A stretch of 59,557 nucleotides of DNA from Gammaproteobacteria bacterium. Lineage in GTDB: Bacteria; Pseudomonadota; Gammaproteobacteria; Steroidobacterales; JABDLF01. The notes below the pieces were generated by a model, which was not told the DNA's origin, ran no database searches, and saw only the letters and a program-made list of their open reading frames with translations. Both the position numbers and the translations under genes were made by a program. Below, in pieces: positions 24,675 through 34,829 of this stretch. The stretch lies in the NCBI GenBank assembly GCA_041609715.1, contig JBFIQI010000003.1, forward strand, positions 1-59,557, written 5' to 3'. Numbering within the stretch: the stretch's first letter is position 1; every line of letters starts with the position of its first letter.

Positions 24675-25073
24675 TCATGGCAAAGTCAGAATCAAGGTCA
24701 CGTCGGCTTCGCCACTGTGGCTGGCGCAAAACGAACCTGTGCCAGCGATCCCCTCCAGTTCACCGTTGCCGGAATCCGCGACGACCTTCCAGTCGCTGCT
24801 GGCAACACCGTTGTGGTAAACGCCGTTATGGACGATGACAAAGCGTCCAGCGCGACCGCGATACTCACCCTGGATAGTTTCGTAGCCGGTAAAAGTGGCA
24901 CTATCCTTATTGCAGTAAAACATGAGGTATTCAACCTCACCATTACCCGCCAGCTCGCCTGTGTAGCTCTGGGTTACCTGGGCACGGACGATCTTGCTGT
25001 CCGCCCCCAGCTCCTGCGCAGGAGTTTCATTCCAGGACGCAATGGTAAATCTTGTTTGTATGTCAGCAGTCAT
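24675..25073 (-). CDS. DUF3224-like protein
   Basis: FTIASWNE, YTGELAG, EYLMFY, SGNGELEGIAGTG. Confidence 0.8.
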   Translation of the reverse strand: MTADIQTRFTIASWNETPAQELGADSKIVRAQVTQSYTGELAGNGEVEYLMFYCNKDSATFTGYETIQGEYRGRAGRFVIVHNGVYHNGVASSDWKVVADSGNGELEGIAGTGSFCASHSGEADVTLILTLP

Positions 25074-25111
25074 GTTTCTGATGTCCGCGAGCCGGTGATG
25101 TCCCGGTCATT

Positions 25112-25822
25112 CTATGCGATACCGCGCCATTGGAGTATGCGCTCTGCACTCGCGCTGCCCCAGCGCCGGTATATTTCCGGGCCCGGATGAAAACCGTCAC
25201 GGGCCATGTCGTCTGTACTGCCCGAAACATCCAGAGAAATAAACACGCAGTCGGGTTCTGCCGCCACCGCGGCGCGCAGCGCGCGATCGAATTGTCGGGC
25301 CCGCAGTCCGAGGTGCCACCGTAAAGGCTGCGGCAGTGCCGGGAACAGGTGTACTGGCGGCAGCCCCGACACCACGATAAGTCGCGCATGGTGGCGCTCG
25401 CGCAAGAGTTCTCTCAGGGCGACCTGTTGCTTTAACCAGGACCCCAGACCAGCACCGGAAGTGACGTCATTGACACCCAGCGAAGTGATCGCGACGCAGA
25501 ACCTGGCGGGCTCAATGCCCTGCAGGCGCTTCAGCGTAGCGCCGGTAGTGGCGCCCGAGACCGCCTCCAGTCGCCAGCGCACGCTGAAATGGGGACACAG
25601 AGAGGCCAGCGTCTGGCCCAGCAGCGCTTCGTTCTGGTGCCGGGCGCCCACGCCGGCCGCCGCGGAATCCCCGGCAATCAGAAGGCTGAGTTCAGGTCCG
25701 TTACCGGTCTGCCCTGCGCGGTTGCCAGGCGGCTCCGGCAGAATCAGCGCCCGGCGCCGGACCCGCATCCCCTGGGCCAGCAAAAGCGGGGCCAGCGCCA
25801 GCGTTCGCAACCAGTACAGCAT
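25112..25822 (-). CDS. SGNH/GDSL hydrolase
   Basis: GDSAAAGVG, LGVND, DGFHP. Confidence 0.9.
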   Translation of the reverse strand: MLYWLRTLALAPLLLAQGMRVRRRALILPEPPGNRAGQTGNGPELSLLIAGDSAAAGVGARHQNEALLGQTLASLCPHFSVRWRLEAVSGATTGATLKRLQGIEPARFCVAITSLGVNDVTSGAGLGSWLKQQVALRELLRERHHARLIVVSGLPPVHLFPALPQPLRWHLGLRARQFDRALRAAVAAEPDCVFISLDVSGSTDDMARDGFHPGPEIYRRWGSASAERILQWRGIA

Positions 25823-25827
25823 CCGGC

Positions 25828-26064
25828 TTAACCTCGACTGCTCATCCTGCCGGGTCCCGGCGCCCCATACTCGGCCTGGAACTCCCGAAATACCCTCTCG
25901 AGTTCGCGTTGCTTCACTATTTGGTCCAGGTTTTCCAGCAAGATCGTCAGTAGATAATTATTGCCGTAGTGGTATTTTGCGTTCAGCGCGCGGAGATTGG
26001 CATAGGCCTTCTCGGACATCGCTGCGTTAAGCCGTTTGGGTAACGGAAATCTTTTACTCGCCAT
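25828..26064 (-). CDS. Small hypothetical protein (78 aa)
   Basis: AGGAG RBS; MASKRFPLPKRLNAAMSEKAYANLRALNAKYHYGNNYLLT. Confidence 0.7.
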   Translation of the reverse strand: MASKRFPLPKRLNAAMSEKAYANLRALNAKYHYGNNYLLTILLENLDQIVKQRELERVFREFQAEYGAPGPGRMSSRG

Positions 26065-26203
26065 CTACAAGTCTCCTTTGCCCGTCTGTTGACTCATGCT
26101 CATCCCTCTCATCAGCATGCTCCCCGGCGCCATCGGGCCAATGCTGCTTGCGCATGCTCAGGCAGGCTTGCCTGTCGTCCCGATATGCCGGTCGTATACT
26201 CAT
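26054..26203 (-). pseudogene. 5' stub of an AAC(6')-I-like GNAT gene
   Basis: Manual translation MSIRPAYRDDRQACLSMRKQHWPDGAGEHADE...* (49 aa) resembles the IRPA..D...W..MR..LWP....EH N-terminus of AAC(6')-I enzymes. Confidence 0.5.
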
Positions 26204-26205
26204 TG

Positions 26206-26724
26206 TCAGTTGTCTCCGCCCAATTCGATCCGCAACAGGCGTGCCTGATCAGTACCCGACGGTAATGTCACCATACCGGCGTCATCGAACCCGAGGTGCT
26301 CCAGCAGGCGCAAGGAACGGATGTTGCCCGGCGCGACAATTGCCTCGACGGCGGTCATGCCGAGAGCCTCGGATGCGTACTGCAACACGCCCCGGCATGC
26401 TTCACGGGCCAAACCCTGACCGCGGAAGTCGGGCAACAGGGCGTAGCCCAGGTCGGGGTATTGAAGGTACTCCCTGTTCAGCAGGCCACACAGACCGATG
26501 GGCGCGCAATCGCCCAGCAGCTCCATCAGCCACAGGCCGTAACCATGCTTCTCATAACTTGCCATGGGGCCATCGGCAATAAATGTCCGGGCGTCGTCCA
26601 GCGTACGAACGCCCCGGTCGCCGATGTGCTGCAGCCAATCCGGGTCATTAACCAATGCCAGTATGAAACTGGCATCGTGGTTGGTGACATGTCTGAGGCG
26701 CAGGCGGCTGGTCTCGATAATCAT
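26206..26724 (-). CDS. RimJ/RimL-type GNAT acetyltransferase
   Basis: IETSRLRLR, IGDRGVRT, PDLGYALLPDFRGQGLA, LLEHLGF. Confidence 0.92.
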   Translation of the reverse strand: MIIETSRLRLRHVTNHDASFILALVNDPDWLQHIGDRGVRTLDDARTFIADGPMASYEKHGYGLWLMELLGDCAPIGLCGLLNREYLQYPDLGYALLPDFRGQGLAREACRGVLQYASEALGMTAVEAIVAPGNIRSLRLLEHLGFDDAGMVTLPSGTDQARLLRIELGGDN

Positions 26725-26741
26725 GGCGCCTGCCGCGGGGC

Positions 26742-27233
26742 TTAGCGTGGAACGCTGCAACCCCGGATTTCAAATGTGTGTCGCACATACACTTGCTTGC
26801 CGACATGAACCACCACAGTGGCATCATGGTCTACTGCGCCTTCCCTGATTTTGAAGGCGAAACGCCGCGTGCCGAATTGTTCTTTTTTAAGCGTGTGCTC
26901 CCGATGCGAATGCCTGGGGACATCGTAATTGTCAAGATCACGAAATATCGCCGTCGTTTCGAAGAACATCATCTGCACACCGGGCTGGGTGGCGATGACA
27001 CCCAGGGCGTACCAACGGCCAACCTCGCAGGCGATCTCGGTACGCTCGGGAATGGTGGCCTTACGTTTCAGGTTTCTGCGAACCTCGCGGCGAAAGTCGC
27101 CCCAGGAAGCGGGCGAAACTCCGGCGAAAACTTTGACAAAAACCGGAGGCTCGGGATCCGCACCGAAAACCTGTGCCGATCCCAGCAGTATCGTCAGCAG
27201 GGCAAGCTGCAAGATGTTAGGCACTTTGATCAT
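26742..27233 (-). CDS. Hypothetical secreted protein
   Basis: Signal-peptide-like MIKVPNILQLALLTILLGSAQVFGA; start uncertain. Confidence 0.6.
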   Translation of the reverse strand: MIKVPNILQLALLTILLGSAQVFGADPEPPVFVKVFAGVSPASWGDFRREVRRNLKRKATIPERTEIACEVGRWYALGVIATQPGVQMMFFETTAIFRDLDNYDVPRHSHREHTLKKEQFGTRRFAFKIREGAVDHDATVVVHVGKQVYVRHTFEIRGCSVPR

Positions 27234-27281
27234 ATGAAAACTGTAGCACGACAGACAGTAACGGGGCACAAGCAGCGCTGC

Positions 27282-28406
27282 TCAGTCATGGCTCAGGCTG
27301 AGGAAAACCAGCGCAACGTTGCTGCCAAAATCCAAACTCACCAGATCGTCATGTCCGTCGTTGTTCAGATCGGCAATAGCAAGGCCCCAGGGGTGCTTGC
27401 CGCCTGGCATTTTGATCGCCTCGCCCCCGTCCTGGGTACCAAGTAGCACCAGCATGGGCGAGGCGAGATAGTTCTGAATGACAAAGTCTGCGCGACCGTC
27501 GCCATTGAAATCACCTGAAGCAACACGCTTGGCGCCATTTTCAGTATCCAGGCGCCTGACGATCTCGAAGTTGGCGCCGCCGAGACCTTTGGCCACCAGG
27601 ATCGGCCCGCGCTCAGGCGCACTCAGCAGGTCCTGACTTCCGTCACCGTCGAAATCAGCTAACGCCACGCCAAACGCGCCGCCGATCTGCAGATGACGAG
27701 GGGCTGCGAAGCCTTTTGGATTGCTGAGCATTACGGTGACCGAGCGATTAAGAGGCGCGACGATGTCGGGGCGCTGGTCCTGGTTGAGATCGGCCATGGC
27801 CATTCCCAGGTAAGGGTCGCCACCTGCATCAATGGATTCGCCGGGTAACTCGAAGGTGGCATCTCCCCGGCCCCTGAGCAGAACAAAGCCTTCACCTTCT
27901 CGATTATCGACCAGCAGATCGAGATGGCCATCGCCATCCATATCAAGCGTCTGGACCTGATGTACGTGGGGGCGGACGGACACCGTCAGCGGAGATCGGG
28001 CATGGGGTGCTAAAACTCCGTCACCCTGGTTGATCAGCAGGGTGATGTTCGGGGTTTCGTGGTTCGCCACCGCCACGTCAGGTCGACCATCCGCATTGAA
28101 GTCGCCGACGGCCAGACTGTCGGGATTGGGGCCCGCAGGATAGACAGAGACCTGGCCCAGGCCACCCGCGCCATCGCCGCGCCATACCCACAGATCGTTG
28201 CTGCCATGATTGACGATCAGCAAATCCGCATGCCCATCACCGGTGACTTCGGCGATGGCCGCAGCAGTCGGATTGACGCCGGTCTCGAGTTGCGTCGGTT
28301 CTGCAAACGACTTGCCAGGCGTCTCGGCCATGCTGGCCGCAGAGGCACACAGGAAAGGCAGCATAATGGCCGCAATGGAACCGCCAAGTTGCTTAAAATC
28401 TGTCAT
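27282..28406 (-). CDS. Secreted FG-GAP/VCBS-repeat beta-propeller protein
   Basis: About seven D(F/L)(N/D)xDGxxD repeats; signal peptide. Confidence 0.9.
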   Translation of the reverse strand: MTDFKQLGGSIAAIMLPFLCASAASMAETPGKSFAEPTQLETGVNPTAAAIAEVTGDGHADLLIVNHGSNDLWVWRGDGAGGLGQVSVYPAGPNPDSLAVGDFNADGRPDVAVANHETPNITLLINQGDGVLAPHARSPLTVSVRPHVHQVQTLDMDGDGHLDLLVDNREGEGFVLLRGRGDATFELPGESIDAGGDPYLGMAMADLNQDQRPDIVAPLNRSVTVMLSNPKGFAAPRHLQIGGAFGVALADFDGDGSQDLLSAPERGPILVAKGLGGANFEIVRRLDTENGAKRVASGDFNGDGRADFVIQNYLASPMLVLLGTQDGGEAIKMPGGKHPWGLAIADLNNDGHDDLVSLDFGSNVALVFLSLSHD

Positions 28407-28800
28407 TGTTGGCCCTTCCCTGGTTGTTGATCTTGGTCCTGCCCAATATTTTTAGTAACAGGTTACGCGCGCTGCGCAGCACCGGGTACAGCGCGCGGGC
28501 CATGCCGCGAGAGCGAAACAGCCAGTGCGTGAGTCGGTTGAACAGACCAGAGCGTGTGCTCAGCATTGACAGCATGTGGATCGCATCGGCGCCGTAATAT
28601 AGTTCGCTGCCAATCTTCAGCACCATGCCCTGGTCAATGTCGAAACCGGCAGCCGTGATTTCATCCAATATTGGCCCCCCGGCACGCGCGTCCACCAGCA
28701 CCAGCCTGCCCGCCGACTCCCGGATGCGAGCCAGCCTGCAGTAGAAGTCGCAGGCGGGGCATTGTTTGTCATAAACGAGAAATATGTCGTGCTGCGTCAT
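28393..28800 (-). CDS. DCC/DUF393 thiol-disulfide oxidoreductase-like protein
   Basis: VYDKQCPAC, GADAI, YPVLRSARNLLL. Confidence 0.88.
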   Translation of the reverse strand: MTQHDIFLVYDKQCPACDFYCRLARIRESAGRLVLVDARAGGPILDEITAAGFDIDQGMVLKIGSELYYGADAIHMLSMLSTRSGLFNRLTHWLFRSRGMARALYPVLRSARNLLLKILGRTKINNQGRANNDRF

Positions 28801-29627
28801 GTCGCTGCAACTGAGGTTGCTGGTTGGCGGTCCTGTGGATGGGCCGGGTGGCGCAGATAGCGGATAACCACGGTACCGGCAATGAAGTCGTGAATGGCGC
28901 GTCTGCGGCGATTGAAAAGCATGGTAATGAGTTCAAGGAGAGGCCAGAGGAACTGGAGAAAAACAACGGCACCCACGATGGGCGGGGGCTGCAGGCTTGC
29001 CTGCTTGTTTTCGGCGATCCCGATGTCCAGATAGTTGATCAGCACGATACCGACTATAAAGACCAGCAGAGGAACCATGTCGCGCGTGAGTGCATGGCGA
29101 AACGCGATGGGCGACAAGTCGGAATTCTTGACGACCTTGACGCCAGTGATCATTTTCCCCAGCGTTTGTCCCCAGACCGCATGCAGCAGGATGTAATAAA
29201 AAATCGTGACCAGGGTAGTGCCGTAATCCAGCGCCGCCATCAGTGCGAGATTGTCATTGCGGCCTTCTTCTACAAGCATCGCCACCGGCGCCATCACTGC
29301 GAACAGGATGATGGCGTCGAAAATCACGGCCCAGAATCTTCGCCAACCGGTACTGAAACGGTTTTGCTCGGTGACCACTTCGGGAGCAATGCTCTCGAAG
29401 CCGCCTTGTCGCGCAATCTCCTGGCGCAAGCGTTCTGCATGCCTGGGAAAGCGCTCGGTATCCAGGCGAAAATAAATCTCCTCCAGCTCGGCCTTGTTGA
29501 GGCCCTGGCGCTTTGCAATCTCATCTTCCAGCGCTTGCAACACCTGCGGGTACAGATCGCCGCGTAAAGCACCGAGCGCTTCGTAAAGCTCGCGGAAGGA
29601 ATAGCCGCTGTAGTCCGGAGTTGCCAT
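28797..29627 (-). CDS. RDD-family membrane protein with N-terminal extension
   Basis: WRRFWAVIFD, GQTLGKM, RRAIHDFIAGTVV. Confidence 0.9.
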   Translation of the reverse strand: MATPDYSGYSFRELYEALGALRGDLYPQVLQALEDEIAKRQGLNKAELEEIYFRLDTERFPRHAERLRQEIARQGGFESIAPEVVTEQNRFSTGWRRFWAVIFDAIILFAVMAPVAMLVEEGRNDNLALMAALDYGTTLVTIFYYILLHAVWGQTLGKMITGVKVVKNSDLSPIAFRHALTRDMVPLLVFIVGIVLINYLDIGIAENKQASLQPPPIVGAVVFLQFLWPLLELITMLFNRRRRAIHDFIAGTVVIRYLRHPAHPQDRQPATSVAAT

Positions 29628-30010
29628 CAGTCCTGATAGATCTGGACCAGATTGCCACAGGTATCATCGAAAACGGCCAGCACCGTACCGCCGGCTTCGG
29701 CTGGCTCGGCCGTGAACTTTACTCCCCTGGCTACCAGCTGCTTGTATTCAGCGTGCACATCCGCAGATGCCAGGGCCGTACAGGGAATGCCGGCTTCGTA
29801 AAGGGCCTGCTGGTAGGTGGCTGCCGCCGGGAAAACATTGGGTTCCAGGACCAGCTCGGCGCCGTCCGGGTCGTCGGGGGAGACCACCGTCAGCCAGCGA
29901 TATTCGCCCATTGGTATTTCAGTTTTTTTCACAAAGCCCAGCTTGTCGGTGTAAAAGCCAAGAGCTTTGTCCTGATCGTCTACCAGAATGCTGTTCAATC
30001 TGATTCTCAT
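29627..30010 (-). CDS. VOC/glyoxalase-family protein
   Basis: VDDQDKALGFYTDKLGF, RWLTVVSP, FDDTCGNLVQI. Confidence 0.92.
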   Translation of the reverse strand: MRIRLNSILVDDQDKALGFYTDKLGFVKKTEIPMGEYRWLTVVSPDDPDGAELVLEPNVFPAAATYQQALYEAGIPCTALASADVHAEYKQLVARGVKFTAEPAEAGGTVLAVFDDTCGNLVQIYQD

Positions 30011-30082
30011 TTTTGTCTCCCTTTTGCTGGTTGAGCAAGCAACTCAGATCTGCCCGGTATGCTTCGCATGCAGCAGCTCGCG

Positions 30083-30811
30083 CTATTCCTGCTCGTGGAG
30101 AAACTCTCCGTTCTCGATGAAATGGATTGTCTGCGCAATCACCACGGGCTTGCTCATGATGAAAGGATGTGAGTGAGGCACCACCAGGAAATCGGCCATG
30201 CCGTCAACCCTGGTGCTGGCAAGTGATACCTTGCCGTCATCCGGGTTGGGCAGATACTGGGACAGAATTGGATTAATCGTGCGACTGCCTGCGATCACAC
30301 CTGCCTCGAAGTTAACTGGCCCGAGCTGCAGGGGCAGGCTCGCTGCGTCGGTTCCCAGCTGGGCGGCAGCGGGGCCGTTTAACTTATGGAAGCCCGGCAG
30401 GCCGCCAAGTTTGTCGATGATTTCACTCCCCTGGTTAGGCGGCGCCAGCATGACGACACGACCCAGGCCGTCGATGGCATGCTCTGCCAGGTAATAACGC
30501 ACCAGGATTCCACCCAGGGAATGGCCGACAAAGTGCACCGGGCCTTCTTGCCCGCAACTCGCCAGACCGGCGTTCACGGCAGCGGGTGCCAGATTTTCTA
30601 TATTTTGGCTACGCGACGGATAGTCGATGTTGGCAACCTTGTAGTCACGAGCCTGCAAGGCTTTGGCGAGAGGCTCCATTGCTGCAGAGGAGCGCAACAG
30701 TCCATGCAGCAGTACCACGCAATCGGCTTGGGCCGCCGGCACTGCCAGCACGGCCAGCCAACCGCACAGCAGCAGTGTCGCAAACTTGCCGCGTTGACCC
30801 CATTCAGTCAA
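30083..30811 (-). CDS. Secreted alpha/beta hydrolase (lipase-like)
   Basis: VLLHGL, GHSLGG nucleophile elbow, DDGKV, HSHPFIM. Confidence 0.9.
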   Translation of the reverse strand: MTEWGQRGKFATLLLCGWLAVLAVPAAQADCVVLLHGLLRSSAAMEPLAKALQARDYKVANIDYPSRSQNIENLAPAAVNAGLASCGQEGPVHFVGHSLGGILVRYYLAEHAIDGLGRVVMLAPPNQGSEIIDKLGGLPGFHKLNGPAAAQLGTDAASLPLQLGPVNFEAGVIAGSRTINPILSQYLPNPDDGKVSLASTRVDGMADFLVVPHSHPFIMSKPVVIAQTIHFIENGEFLHEQE

Positions 30812-31406
30812 AGAAGTCCACCTCTCCCGTTTCCAGGGAATATTCGGCGCCCGCTATGATCAGACCGCCGTCTCTTATCAATTGTTCAAGAATTGGCGAG
30901 CCATGGCGTAATTGCTCCGTGGAATTACGAATATTGGCCCGCACTGCGGCTTGCTCCAATGCCTGTCTGTCGCTTGTGTTCACGAGGGGCTCGATGGCAG
31001 GGCGAATTCGCTCAACGATGGTTTTAAGGTTGACGGAACGGTGTTCCTGTGGCTTGCGTAACTGCTCCAGGGTGGCAAGTACGGCGCCACAGCGGGAATG
31101 CCCAAGGACCACGACCAACCGCGTGCCGAACTGTTCGGCAGCAAATTCGATGCTGCCAATCTGGGTGGGCGCTACGATATTGCCGGCAACGCGAATGACG
31201 AAAAGATCACCAAGACCCTGGTCAAATACAATTTCTGCAGGCACTCGTGAGTCCGAGCATCCCAGGATGATGGCAAAGGGGTTTTGACCGTCGACAAGTT
31301 CGCCACGGGCCTTGGGCAGGCTGCTGGCGGTTGCGGAAACATCACCACGTACGAAGCGCCGGTTACCTTCCTGGAGCCGAGCCAGGGCATCTGCTGCTGA
31401 AACCAC
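30804..31406 (-). CDS. Beta-class carbonic anhydrase
   Basis: GCSDSRV, RVAGN, GHSRCGAV. Confidence 0.95.
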   Translation of the reverse strand: MVSAADALARLQEGNRRFVRGDVSATASSLPKARGELVDGQNPFAIILGCSDSRVPAEIVFDQGLGDLFVIRVAGNIVAPTQIGSIEFAAEQFGTRLVVVLGHSRCGAVLATLEQLRKPQEHRSVNLKTIVERIRPAIEPLVNTSDRQALEQAAVRANIRNSTEQLRHGSPILEQLIRDGGLIIAGAEYSLETGEVDFFD

Positions 31407-31423
31407 GTTTACCTCGCTGAATG

Positions 31424-31864
31424 TTATTGATCCGCATAGCCCTGGTCCCAGCTGCGCGCGGCATCATGGTTACGAATGTCAATACCATGCAGGACCCAGG
31501 CCTTTAGCGGGAATAATACGTTAAGCCATCCCGCATGTACCTCATTCCAGTCTGCATCACCAATGCCATTGTGGGTCAGCAATAGATCGGTGCCACCACG
31601 GCCGTCAGCCGTCAGGTCGAAACGCGCAACCCCACCGATATAGTCCAGCTCGAATGCGGACGGTCGCTCGCGAAGCAGAATTTTGCTGCTGCAGGCATAG
31701 CCATTGATAAATCGAAATTCGATATGACCATCGCGCTCTCTAGCAGACTCGGCCCAGAAAGCGGCTCGACCGGTATCGGAATCGATAGCGTCAAACACCA
31801 CCGTGGGCGCTGCTTGCAGGTGCATGCGCCAGCGAATCGGCCCGCCCGGCTTATCGCCCTTCAC
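31424..31864 (-). CDS. SRPBCC/AHSA1-like protein
   Basis: GRAAFWAES, GTDLLLTH, AGWLNVLFPLKA. Confidence 0.8.
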   Translation of the reverse strand: MKGDKPGGPIRWRMHLQAAPTVVFDAIDSDTGRAAFWAESARERDGHIEFRFINGYACSSKILLRERPSAFELDYIGGVARFDLTADGRGGTDLLLTHNGIGDADWNEVHAGWLNVLFPLKAWVLHGIDIRNHDAARSWDQGYADQ

Positions 31865-31886
31865 GGCTGAAATTCCAACGGGGTTC

Positions 31887-32432
31887 TCAGGTCCGCTTGC
31901 ATCTCGAGATCCCCTCGTCGCACTCGAGTACGCCGGCTTCTATCCCTGCTGATTCATACAGGGTCCGCGCTTGCTGCCAATACTTTACAGCCCTTTGATT
32001 GTGACTCAGCTGTTCGAACACGATTGCCGCAGGCCGCAAGGCATTGGCCAACTCGAGCCCCGGCGTTGCAGGGTCTTCTCCATAGAGTGCGAGCGCTTCC
32101 TGGTATAGGGGGAGCGCCTGCGCCAGCTGGCCGGCGGCTCGGTAAGCATCAGCATAATGGCGAATTGTATGAGCGACCAGCCTTTTGGTGGCGGTGCGCC
32201 GGGCGAGGCGGGTCGCATCGTCAAAATAATACAGCGCCTGGTCGGGGTTACCGGCGTCACGCTCCAGTTGGCCAAGGCCCTTGAGCGCCGCCAGCCTGCC
32301 ATGTTCGTCTTGCGAAAGGCTGCTGGTTTCAAGCGCCTGTTCGAATGCCCGGCGTGCGGTTTCCAGCTGGCCCTGGCGCCGGGCCTCGTCTGCCTTTTGC
32401 AGTATCATTTTGACCTCTACCTGCACGGCCAA
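31887..32432 (-). CDS. TPR-repeat protein
   Basis: Repeated AL..Y..AL helical pattern. Confidence 0.85.
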   Translation of the reverse strand: MAVQVEVKMILQKADEARRQGQLETARRAFEQALETSSLSQDEHGRLAALKGLGQLERDAGNPDQALYYFDDATRLARRTATKRLVAHTIRHYADAYRAAGQLAQALPLYQEALALYGEDPATPGLELANALRPAAIVFEQLSHNQRAVKYWQQARTLYESAGIEAGVLECDEGISRCKRT

Positions 32433-32440
32433 CTTACCTC

Positions 32441-32713
32441 TTAGGACGCTGCGGGCTCATACAGCCTTGCTTGCTGCGCAACCGGGTTCTCGGTGAGGAG
32501 CACGCAGTAACCGTCTACGTTGCGAACTTCCACGTAGCTGTCGAGATGCAGGCTTTGCGGCTCTCCGAACCGCTGTAGGCGCAGCGCGGGAAAGGTATCT
32601 TCGATGCCGTGGCCCGCGACGAACCGGAGGTCATGCAGCTCAATGTTGGCGCTACCTGCATGCCCACCGACATACGCCATAAAGAGACCGATTGTTCTCT
32701 GCTCGTCCGCCAC
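32441..32713 (-). pseudogene. Probably truncated DUF1543-family gene
   Basis: LFMAYVGG...NIELHDLRFV...IEDTFPALR...LHLDSY...VDGY is one DUF1543-like unit; similarity ends at RLY, where a second unit normally begins. Confidence 0.55.
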
Positions 32714-34075
32714 CTAGCCGACCTCGTCGCAGGCAATGCACAGCCTGCGCCAGATCTCGTCTACCCAGTCCAGGTGCTCGGGCTTCATCAGCACCGAGCG
32801 CAGGCAAGTAATTGTAGTGGCATCTGGCCGCATGCCGGCACTGTCCAGGTCAAAGAGACGGGCCGGCATATTCGCCAGGGCCAGGTGCAGATCATGGTCG
32901 GCGGCAGCTTTGAAAATAGCCCGGGATTTTTTCGAAGCTTCGCTGACGCTCTCGGCCTGTGGTGCCCAGATAACGATGTCCAGTTGGGGTGCGAAGGCGG
33001 TAACGAAATCTGCGCTGCCTGCAACCCGGCTGTAAAACTCAATGGCCGCCTGGCGGCAACGAGACAGCATATTGGCAAATTCGCCGCCGGGCATCAGTGG
33101 CAACAGGCGTTGCGTGGCCCACAGGGCAACTGCAGCTGCACCGGGGCGCGAGCACTCGAGGCTGATTTCGCCGAGATGAAGTTCATCGGAACTGAAGTAG
33201 GTGTAAGGCGAGTCATGTTTGTAAAAATGTCCCTCATCGGGATTCCTAAACAGTACGCAGCCGCACCCGTAAGGTTGCAGACCGTGCTTGTGGGGATCGA
33301 TGACCAGGGAATCCACCTTGTCCAGGTGGTCAAAGGCGATTCTCGCGTCGTCATCGAGGTTGTCAGCCAGGACAAAATAACCGCCATACGCCGCATCAAC
33401 ATGGATGCGAAAATCATGCTGCTGCCGCAGAGCAAGAATTTCCTTTAACGGATCAATGGCACCGGAACCGGTTGTGCCCAGGGTGACGACGACGGTGCCC
33501 ACATCTCCTGAGGCCAGCCGCTCTTCAAGCTGATTCACCGCCATGCGCCCGCGAATGTCGCAGGCGACTGACTCGAAGCGCATGCCAAGCACCTTGCTGA
33601 TACGCTCATGGGTGTAATGCGCCTGCTCCGACGCCAGTACTACCTTGCCGGGACGGGTTTGATCTGCGACCCACAGGGCCTCCATGTTGGCCATGGTGCC
33701 GCCGCCGCAAAGATGCCCCAGGTGGGCTGTCCATCTGAACATGCTGGCGATTTCCGCAACCGCTTCTTTTTCCATCCGCGAGCTGGCCCGGCCGCCATCG
33801 AGTGCGTGATTATTGGGATTGACAAACATGGCCAGCGCGTAGGCAGCATGGGCGACAGGGTGGGGCGGCTTGAGCATCTGCCCGGCATACAAGGGATGAA
33901 AATAAGGGAAATTGTCCTGCAGACGAGCAGCGGTTTCCTGCAACACCCGGGCATAGTCGGAACTTTTGGCGCGTACCGGCGGCAGCTCGGCAAAACCCGC
34001 CTCCAGCTCGAGCCGTGCTGCGTCCAGGGTTGTTAACAGGTGCCGGTCAAAAACATAATTTTTGTTTTGATTCAT
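32714..34075 (-). CDS. PLP-dependent group II decarboxylase
   Basis: GGTMANMEAL, HVDAAYGG, DPHKHG (PLP lysine). Confidence 0.9.
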   Translation of the reverse strand: MNQNKNYVFDRHLLTTLDAARLELEAGFAELPPVRAKSSDYARVLQETAARLQDNFPYFHPLYAGQMLKPPHPVAHAAYALAMFVNPNNHALDGGRASSRMEKEAVAEIASMFRWTAHLGHLCGGGTMANMEALWVADQTRPGKVVLASEQAHYTHERISKVLGMRFESVACDIRGRMAVNQLEERLASGDVGTVVVTLGTTGSGAIDPLKEILALRQQHDFRIHVDAAYGGYFVLADNLDDDARIAFDHLDKVDSLVIDPHKHGLQPYGCGCVLFRNPDEGHFYKHDSPYTYFSSDELHLGEISLECSRPGAAAVALWATQRLLPLMPGGEFANMLSRCRQAAIEFYSRVAGSADFVTAFAPQLDIVIWAPQAESVSEASKKSRAIFKAAADHDLHLALANMPARLFDLDSAGMRPDATTITCLRSVLMKPEHLDWVDEIWRRLCIACDEVG

Positions 34076-34103
34076 TGCCGTGCATTATGAACCATCAGGA
34101 CTA

Positions 34104-34829
34104 TTATTCCGATTCTGGCCATCCGCTGCGGCCAGGATCCAGCGCGTTCCAGCCCGATCCGTGGTCATAGTCTGATTCGTTATCCGGATGAATTGAGAAG
34201 CGGCCATAACAGAGCAGGCGCAGAACCGATGCAGGACGGAGGTGCCAGCTTGCCCAACTCAGCGGCGAGTCATTATTGGCATCCTTTATGGTCTTGTCGG
34301 CACCCGCCTCCAATAGCATTCTTATGGCCCTCTCGGTTCCGTATGCCGCCGCGCGGTGCAGAGGCGTTTCGCCACGCGTACGACAATCGCGCATGAATGC
34401 GCCGGTTTCGACACCCGCCAGGGTCTTCGTGTTTGGGTCGGCACCGTGCGCCAGCAATACCTGGACGACATGATCATAGATGGGGCGGTTTGCCTTGCAT
34501 AAAGCAGCATGCAATGGCGTTTCTCCGGTATCAGAAAGTTTACTGTTGGCGTCAGCGCCGTTATTCAAAAGAAACTGGCAAAGTTCCCAGTGTCCGTGAA
34601 AGGCTGCTGCGTTCAGGCCGAAATCTGCTCCCAGCGATAAAAGTTTTTCGCCCTTGTCCAGCAAAATCCGAAGAGCGCTGACATCCCCGTGAAAAGCGCA
34701 CCACTTGATCAGAGAGACGCCTTGCTCATCGGTTTTATCAGCTGGCTCGCCCGCGGCCAAAAAATCCAGCACCAGATCCGTGCGACCGGCACTTATACGC
34801 TGAAACAGTCTGGAATTGTCCTTGTTCAA
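34104..34829 (-). CDS. Ankyrin-repeat protein
   Basis: GETPLHAA and GETPLHRAA repeats; TTG start overlapping the upstream TGA. Confidence 0.88.
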   Translation of the reverse strand: MNKDNSRLFQRISAGRTDLVLDFLAAGEPADKTDEQGVSLIKWCAFHGDVSALRILLDKGEKLLSLGADFGLNAAAFHGHWELCQFLLNNGADANSKLSDTGETPLHAALCKANRPIYDHVVQVLLAHGADPNTKTLAGVETGAFMRDCRTRGETPLHRAAAYGTERAIRMLLEAGADKTIKDANNDSPLSWASWHLRPASVLRLLCYGRFSIHPDNESDYDHGSGWNALDPGRSGWPESE

